This document shows, one piece after another, positions 17,158-25,716 of a stretch of 39,633 nt of DNA. The notes under the pieces were generated by a model. That model was not told the DNA's origin, did not search any database, and saw nothing but the letters and a program-made list of their open reading frames with translations. Origin of the DNA: Candidatus Poseidoniaceae archaeon (GTDB taxonomy: Archaea > Thermoplasmatota > Poseidoniia > Poseidoniales > Poseidoniaceae); contig JASLVU010000001.1 of the NCBI GenBank assembly GCA_030741225.1, positions 1 through 39,633 on the forward strand. Reading direction: 5' to 3'. How positions within the stretch are numbered: position 1 is the first letter of the stretch; every line of letters begins with the position of its first letter. The position numbers and the translations under genes are program-made.

Positions 17158-18549
17158 TTATCGAGGCCCTGTCATCTCTTCTGGGCGGACCCAAGCGTCA
17201 AACTCCTCATTGGTCAAATATCCGAGTTCAAGTGCTGACTCCCGCAAGGTAGTTCCCTCTTCATGGGCCTTTTTGGCGATTTTTGCGGCCTTGTCGTAAC
17301 CGATATGGTTGTTCAACGCAGTAACGAGCATCAGTGAGTTCTCAAGGTGTGATGAAATATTCTCTCGAACTGGTTCGAGGCCTTCGACACATTTTGTTCG
17401 GAAAGCCGTACATGAATCGGTTAGAAGACGGATAGAATGCAACAGATTGTGAATCATCATGGGTTTGAAGACATTGAGTTCAAAATTTCCTTGACTGCCT
17501 CCAACAGTGATGGCAGTGTTGTTGCCCATGACTTGACAGCATACCATTGTCATAGCCTCTGCCTGAGTCGGGTTCACTTTACCTGGCATTATGGAGGAGC
17601 CGGGTTCATTTGCAGGTAAAGCGAGTTCTCCAATTCCACACCGCGGTCCCGAACCAAGCCAACGTATGTCGTTGGCAATTTTCATCAGCGATACTGCAAG
17701 TGTATTGAGTGCACCAGAAGCTGCAACGACTGCATCATGCGCAGCAAGCTGTGCAAATTTATTTTCAGCAGAACAGAAGGTTAAACCGGTAATGTTTGCA
17801 ATCTCGTCGGCCACCATTTGCGCAAACAGCGGATGTGTGTTCAAGCCAGTACCTACCGCCGTTCCGCCAAGGGCGAGTTCAAACAGGTCATCTAAGGCGA
17901 AATCGATTCGACGAATGTCGGCATCTAGTTGCGCAACCCAACCCGATGCTTCTTGGCCAAGAGTCAATGGGACGGCGTCCATCAAATGGGTTCGCCCAAT
18001 TTTGACAATGTCGCTCCATTCTTCCGATTTTGCGGCCAAAGCGTTACGAAGTGCCCGTACACTCGGCAAAAGTTTGTGAGTTAGCGCTTCAGCAGCCGCT
18101 ATGTGCATAGCAGTAGGAAAGGTGTCGTTCGAGGACTGTGCACGATTTACATGGTCGTTCGGGTGAACGGGCGTTTTGGAACCAAGAACGCCCCCTGCTA
18201 ATTCAATGGCCCTGTTGGCGATGACTTCGTTTGTGTTCATGTTTGATTGAGTCCCACTTCCAGTTTGCCATACCCGCAACGGAAAGTGTTCGTCAAGACA
18301 GTTGTCAACAACTTCTTGCGAGGCGGCAATGATCAATTCACCTACTTCTGAGTCCAGCTGCTTGAGAGCTACATTGGTTTTCGCCGCCGCCTGCTTCAAA
18401 ATGCCAAAAGCCCGAATGACGCCGCTTGGCATTGTGTCTTCTCCGATATCAAAATTAATGAGGGAGCGAGCGGTTTGACAACCGTAATATTTGTCTGAAG
18501 GAACTTCAAGTTCACCCATGGTGTCGGCTTCGATACGTACATCGGCCAT
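17158..18549 (-). CDS. fumC: Fumarate hydratase, class II
   Basis: Lies in ORF 17158..18636. The ATG at 18549 gives [29 protein letters not shown], which aligns with FumC N-termini. It carries the lyase-1 signature [17 protein letters not shown]; the TQ-x-E variant points to fumarase rather than aspartase. Confidence 0.9.
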   Translation of the reverse strand: MADVRIEADTMGELEVPSDKYYGCQTARSLINFDIGEDTMPSGVIRAFGILKQAAAKTNVALKQLDSEVGELIIAASQEVVDNCLDEHFPLRVWQTGSGTQSNMNTNEVIANRAIELAGGVLGSKTPVHPNDHVNRAQSSNDTFPTAMHIAAAEALTHKLLPSVRALRNALAAKSEEWSDIVKIGRTHLMDAVPLTLGQEASGWVAQLDADIRRIDFALDDLFELALGGTAVGTGLNTHPLFAQMVADEIANITGLTFCSAENKFAQLAAHDAVVAASGALNTLAVSLMKIANDIRWLGSGPRCGIGELALPANEPGSSIMPGKVNPTQAEAMTMVCCQVMGNNTAITVGGSQGNFELNVFKPMMIHNLLHSIRLLTDSCTAFRTKCVEGLEPVRENISSHLENSLMLVTALNNHIGYDKAAKIAKKAHEEGTTLRESALELGYLTNEEFDAWVRPEEMTGPR

Positions 18550-18742
18550 GGTTAACCCTTGGGGGTGAACTTCTTCACAGTTCGCACCAAAGTCCCGCTG
18601 TATTGGATTGTTTTCTGTGTTTTTAGAATTCGGCACTCTGGTTACCTAAAAAGTGTTCAAACGGCCATTTATTCGATTTGGGTAAATATCAACCCATTTT
18701 GAATAATAGGCTTGTATGTTGTGCAATAGATGTATTTCTCTC

Positions 18743-19222
18743 TCACTGAAGGCTTACACGGACAATCTTCTGCGGGGTACGAGGCCTGTCGCCGGGCATC
18801 TTGTCGCATCGCTCGATTGCTCGAACAACATCCATGCCGTCGACAACTTCTCCAAACACTGCATGATTTCCATCCAACCAAGGCGTGGGTACGGTCGTCA
18901 AGAAGAATTGTGAGCCGCCGGTGTTTGGTCCTGCATTCGCCATTGAAAAAATTCCTGGTTTGTCGTGTTTGAGGTTGAGAGCGGATAATTCACATGGAAT
19001 TTTCCAGCCAGGCCCACCCGTTCCGGCATTTCTTGCCATTGGATCTGCTGAATGGGGACATCCGCCTTGAATCATGAAATTCTCAATTACTCGGTGGAAA
19101 TGGAGGCCATCATAATGGCCGCTTTCAACTAGGCGAACGAAATTCGCCACTGTATCTGGTGCTTTATCATCGTATAGCTGAATGGTAATGTTACCTGCGC
19201 TGGTCTCCATTAGGGCTTGCAT
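18743..19222 (-). CDS. ppiB: Peptidyl-prolyl cis-trans isomerase, cyclophilin type
   Basis: Lies in ORF 18743..19282. The likely ATG is at 19222 (MQALMETSAGNITIQLYDDKAP), with an alternative at 19210. Cyclophilin blocks are present: FHRVIENFMIQGG, GIFSMANAGPNTGGSQFFLT and HAVFGEVVDGMDVV. Confidence 0.85.
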   Translation of the reverse strand: MQALMETSAGNITIQLYDDKAPDTVANFVRLVESGHYDGLHFHRVIENFMIQGGCPHSADPMARNAGTGGPGWKIPCELSALNLKHDKPGIFSMANAGPNTGGSQFFLTTVPTPWLDGNHAVFGEVVDGMDVVRAIERCDKMPGDRPRTPQKIVRVSLQ

Positions 19223-19288
19223 GATGTGCCCACGAAGAGGAGGGTCAAGAGCATTCGCATCGAAAGAGCGTTGATTCAACAACCAAAT

Positions 19289-22200
19289 CTATTGATTGAG
19301 CCAAGGACGGAAATGCTGGTCTGCATACGTTCGAGCATAGTCTGCAGGATATCCTGCTGCTATCAGTTGCTGCTCATAAGCAAGTTGTTCTGGAGTGATG
19401 GTCGCATCTACTGGTTGAGGTGTGACGCCAACAGAAGCGTAAGCCATTTGTTGTTGGTCAAACAACTTCTCTTCTTTACTTGCTCCTCGTCCTCGTGCAA
19501 CCACGAAAGTCAAAGCCAAGAGTACAATTGCTGCTCCGATGATTCCGATTGTAAGGAACGACATACCCAAAACTCCGGATTCTGACTGCGTTGCATCAGT
19601 ATCTGTAGAACCATCGTCACCGCTGTTTTGAGTGGTGTCATCGTCAACAACGGTTTGATTGGTATCCGTTTGATTTTGGTCGGAATTGTCAGGGTCGATT
19701 GGGTTTGTAGGTTCGTCAATTGGGGTATCTTTCTCACACCCGTCAGGCCCTACGACCGTTCCAGCAACGGTGTCTAGACATTTGTCAATAGCGTTGCTCA
19801 CTCCATCGCCGTCATCATCAGCAGGAGGGCAACCGTTTCCACCGTCTCCTCCTGCAATCCCTGCAACATCAGGGCAAGCATCGCCGTCAATACCATCTGG
19901 ATTATCTCCGTAAGAGTCTCCATCTGTGTCGAGGGATTGAGACTTATCAAACGGCCAAAGGTCGTTGAGGTTCGAGACTCCATCGCCATCGAGATCTGCG
20001 CATCCGATTCGGTCTACTGTTGAGTTTCCGTACGTTGTAGGACAGTCATCGACCACGTTGTCACCGGTGTCGGTCGTATTGTATCCATCACGATCTTCAT
20101 CATTCGCCCACAGTTCTTCTTCGTTTTGAATGTAAAACGGAATCCCAATTTTTTCGTTGTTCGATTCATTCGATTCGGTTAATGAGTCCTCAACATCGAT
20201 AGTAAGGCGGCAATTGTAATACCCGCTTGCTTGTTCATCGACGGTTGCGTAATATTCACTGCCTGAGCCAAATGTGGTGTTGTAGACTCCGTTGACAACA
20301 ACGGTCTTTGTTGCCATTCGTGCAACTTGAGCCCCATTTGAATCGATGAGGTCAAGGTGGAGAATAATCGATGTCGAAAATGCTTCACCGCGTAGACTTA
20401 CAAGTTCCCAAGTGATTTGGTTTTCTGAGCCCGATGTGTGGTTGGTTGGGCAAACAAGTGACAAAACTGCAATGTCGGCTGGAGCGGAGTCGAGTAGGGT
20501 AATCGTAAGATTGTAATTTCCTGCGTCACCACCCGATTGTACGGTTAGAATGTAGTCTTTCGTTACGCCCTCCATGTCGGTGTTGTAAGAGTTGAAAAGA
20601 AGGCCGAACGTTGTGTTGTCTGCGCTTGCAATCGAGTTACCGTTTGCATCTTCGAGGGTTGCTGTAAACGCTAAAGCGGAGTCAGCATTGAAATCTATCT
20701 GGAAGTTCTTACCGTCGTTGATTGTAAATGTATAGACATCCGAAACGTCAAGCCCGCTGAAACACCCTGTGCCGTCAACGGTTGGGTTTTGTCCGATGTT
20801 TGAACCTGTACCAGACGATGCGTCTTGTCCAAGTCCGATATCGTTTTGCTGACCGCAATTAAATGAATTTGGATCGACGCCCTCTGTCTCGATGACGAGG
20901 GTGTAAACGCCAAGGCTGTCAAAGCCTGTAACGCTGATGTAAAATGTGCCGCCGGAGCCAGCAAATGATGTGCTGTCCGAAGTTGTCACTACTTCATCTG
21001 TAGAGCCGCCGGACCATGGACGATCAAACCATTCTCCTTGATCATCTCGAAGGTATAAATCGGCATCTTGGTCAGCGGAATTGATGAGTGTTACTGTTAG
21101 ATTTAGACCGGGAGAAATATCGATTTCATACCAATCTTCGTCATCAACATCTTCGTGGACGCATCCGGTGATGGTCATCGAAATGTCAGTACCGAGTTTG
21201 AATGCTGATGCTGCGTCGCCACCGGCGTCGCCTGATGTAATGCCTGCTTCAATAGCATCATTTTGTGCAGGGCACGAAGTTGCTTTCGTGTCGATGAGAA
21301 TCTCTTCCTCGACAGCAAATGAGTTATCTTCTTCATTCAATTCATCAATTTGCTCGTCGTAGTCAGCTACGACAATGAGGGTATAGTTTCCTCCAGGGGT
21401 GTTTGTAGGAATTACTACCGATAATTGATACATTCCACTTTCGTTTATATCAAGAGCAGGAATGGTGGTATTTCCAATCTCAATGTCGTGGTCTGCCAAA
21501 CCGGAATCAACCGACAACAAAACACTAACGAGTGCTGATGATGCAGCGAGGCGGCCAACATTGGATGCTTCGAAATCAACGGCAACATTGCTTCCTGCTG
21601 ACGAGGTTGTAAACGATGTAGCATTGTCGATTACCAAATTCGCTTTCGGTGCAGAATAATTTGTCCACACATCCATGGTCCAATTTACTCCCGTGCCTGA
21701 ACGTGACAGATTGACGTAGTATGAATCGCCAATGCCATCGTACGAGCTGCCAACGGTTGATACTCCGCCTGACCCCCCAAAGTATACGACATCTGAATCC
21801 ACAGAATTTAATCCACTGTCAACCAAGTACAAGTAAACAAGCACAGTAGATTCCAGAGTAATTGAAATTTCAATGGTGTGGTTTTCCGGTACATCAAAGG
21901 AAAAAACATCGTTCTCTTCGATTCCATCGATGCACCCCGTATACGAAGCCGTTACGTTCGTGCCAAGTGGCGCAGTAACATTCGCTTCATCTGCGGGCGC
22001 ATCGGAACCAAGTCCAGCATCATCCTTACCGTTTGGATGCAGATCGTCACATGATTCTCCAACAAGCATAACGCCGTCGGAAGCGAGGTTGTTGTTCGTG
22101 TCGTTAAACTCAGTGATGTTGTTGTAACCATCCGCCCAAACAATCCAGTAGTATGTACCGTTTGCGAGGTTGTTCGGCAAAGTAACAGACGCGTTGGTGG

Positions 22201-23053
22201 TTCGACTGGTATTTTCTGCAAGCGCCCCTTCGTTTTGAGACAATGATATGAGTTCGTCGAACTGGTCAAAAGTACGGTCGGTTGAAAGAATGAATTGAAC
22301 TTCGAAAGGATCGGATGTCGTGTTGTAAATGTTTTCGACGACATACTCAACATTTACCGTCGCCCCAGGTTGTCCAGATGCTGGTTCCGTAATCGAGGAT
22401 ATAATCAAATCAGGACGCGGCGGGGTGTTGTTGGTCCATGTTCGTAAAGTGTACTGTCCATCTCCACTGTATGCTCGAACGTTGATGTAAAAAGTCGAGG
22501 CGACACCAGAGAATGAAGTTCCTGTCGTTGATACTTTTTCAAGCGGGTCGCTGTATTCTGACCAATCGTAATCGTATTCGTTGCCGGTTGAGTCAACCAA
22601 ATAAAGATCAAAATCGGCACCAGCAGGAACTACGAGTTCGACATCAACATCCTTTCCAGTGGTTGTTGTAATTGTGTACCAGTCATCGGTATCGGTTGCA
22701 TCGACGCACCCATTAACTCCAGTCGTACCTGAATTTGGATTTGTACCCAAAGAACGTGAAGTGTTGGAGTCGGCACCAGCATCTCCATTGGAGCCCCCAT
22801 CTGTCTGAAGTGACGAGGGGGTTGGACATGCCGCTCTACCGCTGGTTGAGGTGGTCTTCGGCATCAAAATCTCAAGTGACTTCAAACCTATAAATCCAAC
22901 ATCATCAAGTGGCAATTTTGATTCTTCAATCGGAGCGATAATTGCCACATCATCGCTTTTTTCAACATCGACGAGGGCTGCGGCCAAGGGTGAAATCGCT
23001 GCAACAAAAAACAAAAAAATTAGGCTCAGGGCTGTAAAGCGGCCGTTCTGCAT
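19289..23053 (-). CDS. Giant modular cell-surface protein (about 1254 aa): signal peptide, alternating PPC-like and CARDB-like domains, TSP3-like repeats, TM anchor and cytoplasmic tail
   Basis: Lies in ORF 19289..23083. The first ATG at 23053 gives the signal peptide MQNGRFTALSLIFLFFVAAISPLAAA. Four PPC-like modules are marked by C-x-D/E...DWY or DVY...DLYL...(Y/F)Y(I/V)xV...YTL, at roughly 22436-22831, 21662-22051, 20885-21277 and 20492-20860. Three CARDB-like modules are marked by PDLIIS.., ANLVID.., ADIAVL.. and end in NDTNN / NEEDN / NESNN, at roughly 22088-22417, 21320-21649 and 20153-20482. The TM is FLTIGIIGAAIVLLALTFVV at 19496-19570. Confidence 0.8.
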   Translation of the reverse strand: MQNGRFTALSLIFLFFVAAISPLAAALVDVEKSDDVAIIAPIEESKLPLDDVGFIGLKSLEILMPKTTSTSGRAACPTPSSLQTDGGSNGDAGADSNTSRSLGTNPNSGTTGVNGCVDATDTDDWYTITTTTGKDVDVELVVPAGADFDLYLVDSTGNEYDYDWSEYSDPLEKVSTTGTSFSGVASTFYINVRAYSGDGQYTLRTWTNNTPPRPDLIISSITEPASGQPGATVNVEYVVENIYNTTSDPFEVQFILSTDRTFDQFDELISLSQNEGALAENTSRTTNASVTLPNNLANGTYYWIVWADGYNNITEFNDTNNNLASDGVMLVGESCDDLHPNGKDDAGLGSDAPADEANVTAPLGTNVTASYTGCIDGIEENDVFSFDVPENHTIEISITLESTVLVYLYLVDSGLNSVDSDVVYFGGSGGVSTVGSSYDGIGDSYYVNLSRSGTGVNWTMDVWTNYSAPKANLVIDNATSFTTSSAGSNVAVDFEASNVGRLAASSALVSVLLSVDSGLADHDIEIGNTTIPALDINESGMYQLSVVIPTNTPGGNYTLIVVADYDEQIDELNEEDNSFAVEEEILIDTKATSCPAQNDAIEAGITSGDAGGDAASAFKLGTDISMTITGCVHEDVDDEDWYEIDISPGLNLTVTLINSADQDADLYLRDDQGEWFDRPWSGGSTDEVVTTSDSTSFAGSGGTFYISVTGFDSLGVYTLVIETEGVDPNSFNCGQQNDIGLGQDASSGTGSNIGQNPTVDGTGCFSGLDVSDVYTFTINDGKNFQIDFNADSALAFTATLEDANGNSIASADNTTFGLLFNSYNTDMEGVTKDYILTVQSGGDAGNYNLTITLLDSAPADIAVLSLVCPTNHTSGSENQITWELVSLRGEAFSTSIILHLDLIDSNGAQVARMATKTVVVNGVYNTTFGSGSEYYATVDEQASGYYNCRLTIDVEDSLTESNESNNEKIGIPFYIQNEEELWANDEDRDGYNTTDTGDNVVDDCPTTYGNSTVDRIGCADLDGDGVSNLNDLWPFDKSQSLDTDGDSYGDNPDGIDGDACPDVAGIAGGDGGNGCPPADDDGDGVSNAIDKCLDTVAGTVVGPDGCEKDTPIDEPTNPIDPDNSDQNQTDTNQTVVDDDTTQNSGDDGSTDTDATQSESGVLGMSFLTIGIIGAAIVLLALTFVVARGRGASKEEKLFDQQQMAYASVGVTPQPVDATITPEQLAYEQQLIAAGYPADYARTYADQHFRPWLNQ
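19733..20104 (-). repeat. Thrombospondin type 3-like calcium-binding repeats (D-x-D-x-D-G-x-x-D-x-x-D-x-C)
   Basis: Residues 994-1117 of the giant protein read NDEDRDGYNTTDTGDNVVDDCP, CADLDGDGVSNLNDLWPFD, LDTDGDSYGDNPDGIDGDACPD and ADDDGDGVSNAIDKCLD. Confidence 0.6.
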
Positions 23054-23108
23054 AGGAAACGGGTGTTCATGGTCCGTTATCAAACCTCGGATGAGGGGTC
23101 ATGAGAGT

Positions 23109-24041
23109 TCAAGCAAATGCTTTCTCAATATCGGACGCCAAATTATCGAAACGGCCTTGCAGTTCCATCATTGCGCCATTGAATGCTTGCTCTGGGCTGA
23201 GGCTGCCATCTGTCTCATAGGTGAAAATGTATGAGCCTTCAACCGGTTCAAGAGTAATAGCATCATCAAATTCAACATCTCTGTTGGTCCCAGGGCCAAC
23301 CTGATGCAGGGCTTTCTCAAGGTCAAGAAGATGATTGACATCAGTCATTGTCTTGTCTTTACCGAAAAGTTTCGCGTCGATGGGTTTCCCATCTGAAGTA
23401 GTGAGTCCAAGGTCAAACAGAACTTTTGCCTTCTTTGGTTTGTTCAATTTAGCCTCAAAATGCTGGCGGAATCCAACAGCTGCAACAGGGGACCATTTCG
23501 AGTGTTGGCGGCCTCGACCGAGAGTTGCAAAAGCGTACAATTCAAGGAATTGACCTTTGCTTAGAACGGTCAGAGGAATTCTCTTGTGTTCATCACGAAT
23601 GTCAAACATTTGGTCTGAGATGTTGGTCAAGTCTCCAGCATAAACAGTACGAATGGTCTCTTCAGAATCTTCTGAAGGCCCTTCTTTTCGAATGTGGTAA
23701 AGAACTTGACAGGTCATGCAACCCTTGGATTCTTCTGCAAGGTCTTTGCAGTTAGGGCAGTCATCTGGATGCATCATTCCCTCGTCAGGATGTGTTGGAA
23801 TTGGAATCATAGCCAAGCGGTGTGCGATAACTTCGTCAGGCAATACATTGACCGATTCAAGAATTTCGCCCTTATTGTCTTGATTGACACCTTGGGTAAA
23901 ATTGACTTTGTCGATGGCCAATTTTGGAACATCTGCGATAAGTGCACGGCGAACTGCGTTAACCTGAGCGGCATCCGTGTTGGACAAAAGAATCCGAATT
24001 TCATTCCCTTGGGGCCAGCCATCTACGATTTGTGCATCCAT
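23109..24041 (-). CDS. rpoD: DNA-directed RNA polymerase subunit D (Rpo3)
   Basis: Lies in ORF 23109..24062. The ATG at 24041 gives MDAQIV; a TTG at 24062 would overlap the rps11 stop. Conserved Rpo3/Rpb3 blocks are present: NAVRRALIADVPKLAIDKV, EVIAHRLAMIPI and WSPVAAVGFR. The gene sits immediately downstream of rps13-rps4-rps11, as in archaeal operons. Confidence 0.85.
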   Translation of the reverse strand: MDAQIVDGWPQGNEIRILLSNTDAAQVNAVRRALIADVPKLAIDKVNFTQGVNQDNKGEILESVNVLPDEVIAHRLAMIPIPTHPDEGMMHPDDCPNCKDLAEESKGCMTCQVLYHIRKEGPSEDSEETIRTVYAGDLTNISDQMFDIRDEHKRIPLTVLSKGQFLELYAFATLGRGRQHSKWSPVAAVGFRQHFEAKLNKPKKAKVLFDLGLTTSDGKPIDAKLFGKDKTMTDVNHLLDLEKALHQVGPGTNRDVEFDDAITLEPVEGSYIFTYETDGSLSPEQAFNGAMMELQGRFDNLASDIEKAFA

Positions 24042-24058
24042 ATTATCAACCTCAAAAA

Positions 24059-24445
24059 TCAAACTCGGCGACCTCGTCGGCCACCCTTCTTCTTTGTACC
24101 GTCGTGAGCGATGGGCGTCACGTCTTCGATACGGGTAATTGTCATGCCGGCACGTGTGAGTGCACGGATTGCAGCTTGTGCTCCTGGCCCAGTGTTGTTC
24201 GAGAGGTTTCCACCAGGTGCACGGTATTTGATGATAAGTTGGGTGAATTCTTTGTCTTTAAGATCGTCAGCCATCTTCTCAGCAGCGCGTGTGGCAGCGA
24301 ACTGGCCGCCACTGTCCTTAGAAGACTTCACGACTTGGCCACCGGAGCAGGTTGTGATGGTTTCCGCACCGGTTAAATCGGTGGCAGTCATCAAAATGTT
24401 GTTGTAAGAACTGAAAATGTTAACAATTGCACGGCGAGTCATCAC
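24059..24445 (-). CDS. rps11: 30S ribosomal protein S11
   Basis: 128 aa. Contains [23 protein letters not shown] and a C-terminal [16 protein letters not shown]. It overlaps the rps4 stop by 4 nt. Confidence 0.9.
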   Translation of the reverse strand: MMTRRAIVNIFSSYNNILMTATDLTGAETITTCSGGQVVKSSKDSGGQFAATRAAEKMADDLKDKEFTQLIIKYRAPGGNLSNNTGPGAQAAIRALTRAGMTITRIEDVTPIAHDGTKKKGGRRGRRV

Positions 24446-25110
24446 TGGTCACCTCCAGTTGCATCATCGCTCGCAGAAGGTGCGCTTTCTGCTGCATCTT
24501 TGACTTCAGTTGCGAAATCAGGAGTTGCTTCTGGGTCCACTTCTTCTTCTTCGACCCCATATTCTGCTGAAGAAGCGCGTCCATCAATTGCTTTACGAAT
24601 TGGATGCTCGGGGTTTGAAGCCCATGGGCAAGAAGGATGCCATGTCAAAATTTCTTCTTCATCTCGAGAAATCGGGTACGATGGAATTGTTACCTTTTGG
24701 TTACCAATGACAATTTTCCCATGGGTGACAAATTGTCGAGCTTGCTTCATCGAAATCGCAAGTCCCTTGTAGTATACTTGAGCCTGAAGGCGTCGATTGA
24801 GAATGTCTTCTGTGCTCAACGACAAGATGTCGTCAAGTGTTGCATCCGATGAAATAAGGCCTTTGTTGTGTAAAGAGTGCAGCAAATCGTCTTTCTCCCT
24901 CTTTCCATGGGGTTCGCTGGTATCAACCATACCAATCAAGCGCATTGCTTGACGACGATGGCGGCGGAGTTGGGACTTTGCCTTCCAAATTTCTCGCATG
25001 TTCTTAAGGCCATGATTTGCTCTAATTGCGTGTTCTTCTTCGATACGAGCTGCCTTCCACGGGTGGGATGGAGTGTCGAATTTAGGTCTTGCAAACTTTG
25101 GTTCTCCCAT
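24442..25110 (-). CDS. rps4: 30S ribosomal protein S4 with an acidic C-terminal extension
   Basis: The N-terminus [18 protein letters not shown] and the S4 RNA-binding domain ([51 protein letters not shown]) are typical. About 40 extra acidic residues sit at the C-terminus. Confidence 0.9.
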   Translation of the reverse strand: MGEPKFARPKFDTPSHPWKAARIEEEHAIRANHGLKNMREIWKAKSQLRRHRRQAMRLIGMVDTSEPHGKREKDDLLHSLHNKGLISSDATLDDILSLSTEDILNRRLQAQVYYKGLAISMKQARQFVTHGKIVIGNQKVTIPSYPISRDEEEILTWHPSCPWASNPEHPIRKAIDGRASSAEYGVEEEEVDPEATPDFATEVKDAAESAPSASDDATGGDQ

Positions 25111-25125
25111 TCATCATCCCTCCAA

Positions 25126-25593
25126 TCACTTCTTTCGGCTAACACCGAGTGTAAGGCCACCACGGCCGTTTGAACGTCCACGCTGGCCACGAACCTTGTT
25201 GCCACTAGCGTGACGAACGCCACGGTAGCATTTCATGGTTCGAAGTCGGTTAATGTCGTCTTCAAATGTAAGAGAAACTTGTTGACCGGTGAGGTGAAGT
25301 TCGTCTCCTGTCTCAAGGTCTCGTTGACGGTTAAGCATCCAGAGGGGGACTGTCTCGGCATAGCCTTCAATAGCCTCACGGAGAGTTTCCTGTTGCTCTG
25401 CCGAGAGGTGGCCGGCAAGAGATGCAGGGTCGAATCCGGTGTTCTTGCAGATTTGAATTGCTGTTCGGGGGCCGACGCCTTTTACAGCAGTTAAAGCAGT
25501 AGCAAGGGCCTTCAGTCCGTCCATATCTGTATCTGCCATACGCAAGATGTAAGAGAAATCTTCTCCCAATTCTTCTTCCTTTGGTCGTGCCAT
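25126..25593 (-). CDS. rps13: 30S ribosomal protein S13
   Basis: 155 aa. Contains ILRMADTDMDGLKALATALTAVKGVGPRTA and a basic C-terminal tail, GNKVRGQRGRSNGRGG. Confidence 0.9.
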   Translation of the reverse strand: MARPKEEELGEDFSYILRMADTDMDGLKALATALTAVKGVGPRTAIQICKNTGFDPASLAGHLSAEQQETLREAIEGYAETVPLWMLNRQRDLETGDELHLTGQQVSLTFEDDINRLRTMKCYRGVRHASGNKVRGQRGRSNGRGGLTLGVSRKK

Positions 25594-25599
25594 AGTGTT

Positions 25600-25610
25600 T
25601 CACCTCTCCT
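25600..25610 (-). promoter_or_regulatory. Shine-Dalgarno-like element AGGAGAGGTGA, 6 nt upstream of the rps13 ATG
   Basis: The minus strand reads AGGAGAGGTGA-aacact-ATG. This is complementary to the conserved 3-prime end of archaeal 16S rRNA. Confidence 0.4.
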
Positions 25611-25648
25611 CAACACGCAGTGTCAAGCAGGTTCCCGACCAACCTCCC

Positions 25649-25660
25649 CTATATCAAAAG
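25649..25660 (-). promoter_or_regulatory. Candidate TATA box (CTTTTGATATAG) for the rps13-rps4-rps11-rpoD operon
   Basis: This is the only AT-rich element in the 123-bp spacer upstream of rps13. It lies about 56-67 nt upstream of the ATG, compatible with a short leader carrying the SD element. Confidence 0.25.
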
Positions 25661-25689
25661 CGCGATGCGGCAACGCGACGCTGCGCGTC

Positions 25690-25716
25690 AAAAATGCGAA
25701 CAAAATAGGAAAAAAA
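25690..25716 (-). terminator. Oligo-T tracts (T7, T4, T5) directly after the methyltransferase stop; candidate archaeal intrinsic terminator
   Basis: The minus strand reads TTTTTTTCCTATTTTGTTCGCATTTTT immediately 3-prime of the TGA at 25717-25719. Confidence 0.35.

Noticed and set aside
17591-18079. 162-aa plus-strand ORF inside fumC
   Set aside because: It is antisense to a strongly conserved fumarase coding region. Its Ala/Ser/Pro/Arg-rich translation is typical of a shadow frame.
18565-18578. Palindrome GTGAA-cttc-TTCAC upstream of the fumC ATG, considered as an operator
   Set aside because: A 5-bp inverted repeat is expected by chance in a spacer of this size. It is mentioned only as context in the fumC leader finding.
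25640-25690. GC-rich mini-hairpins (e.g. GACGC-tgc-GCGTC) between the methyltransferase and rps13, considered as a possible ncRNA or tRNA fragment
   Set aside because: The stems are only 5 bp and there is no tRNA-like T-loop or acceptor structure. The region is better explained as terminator and promoter spacer.
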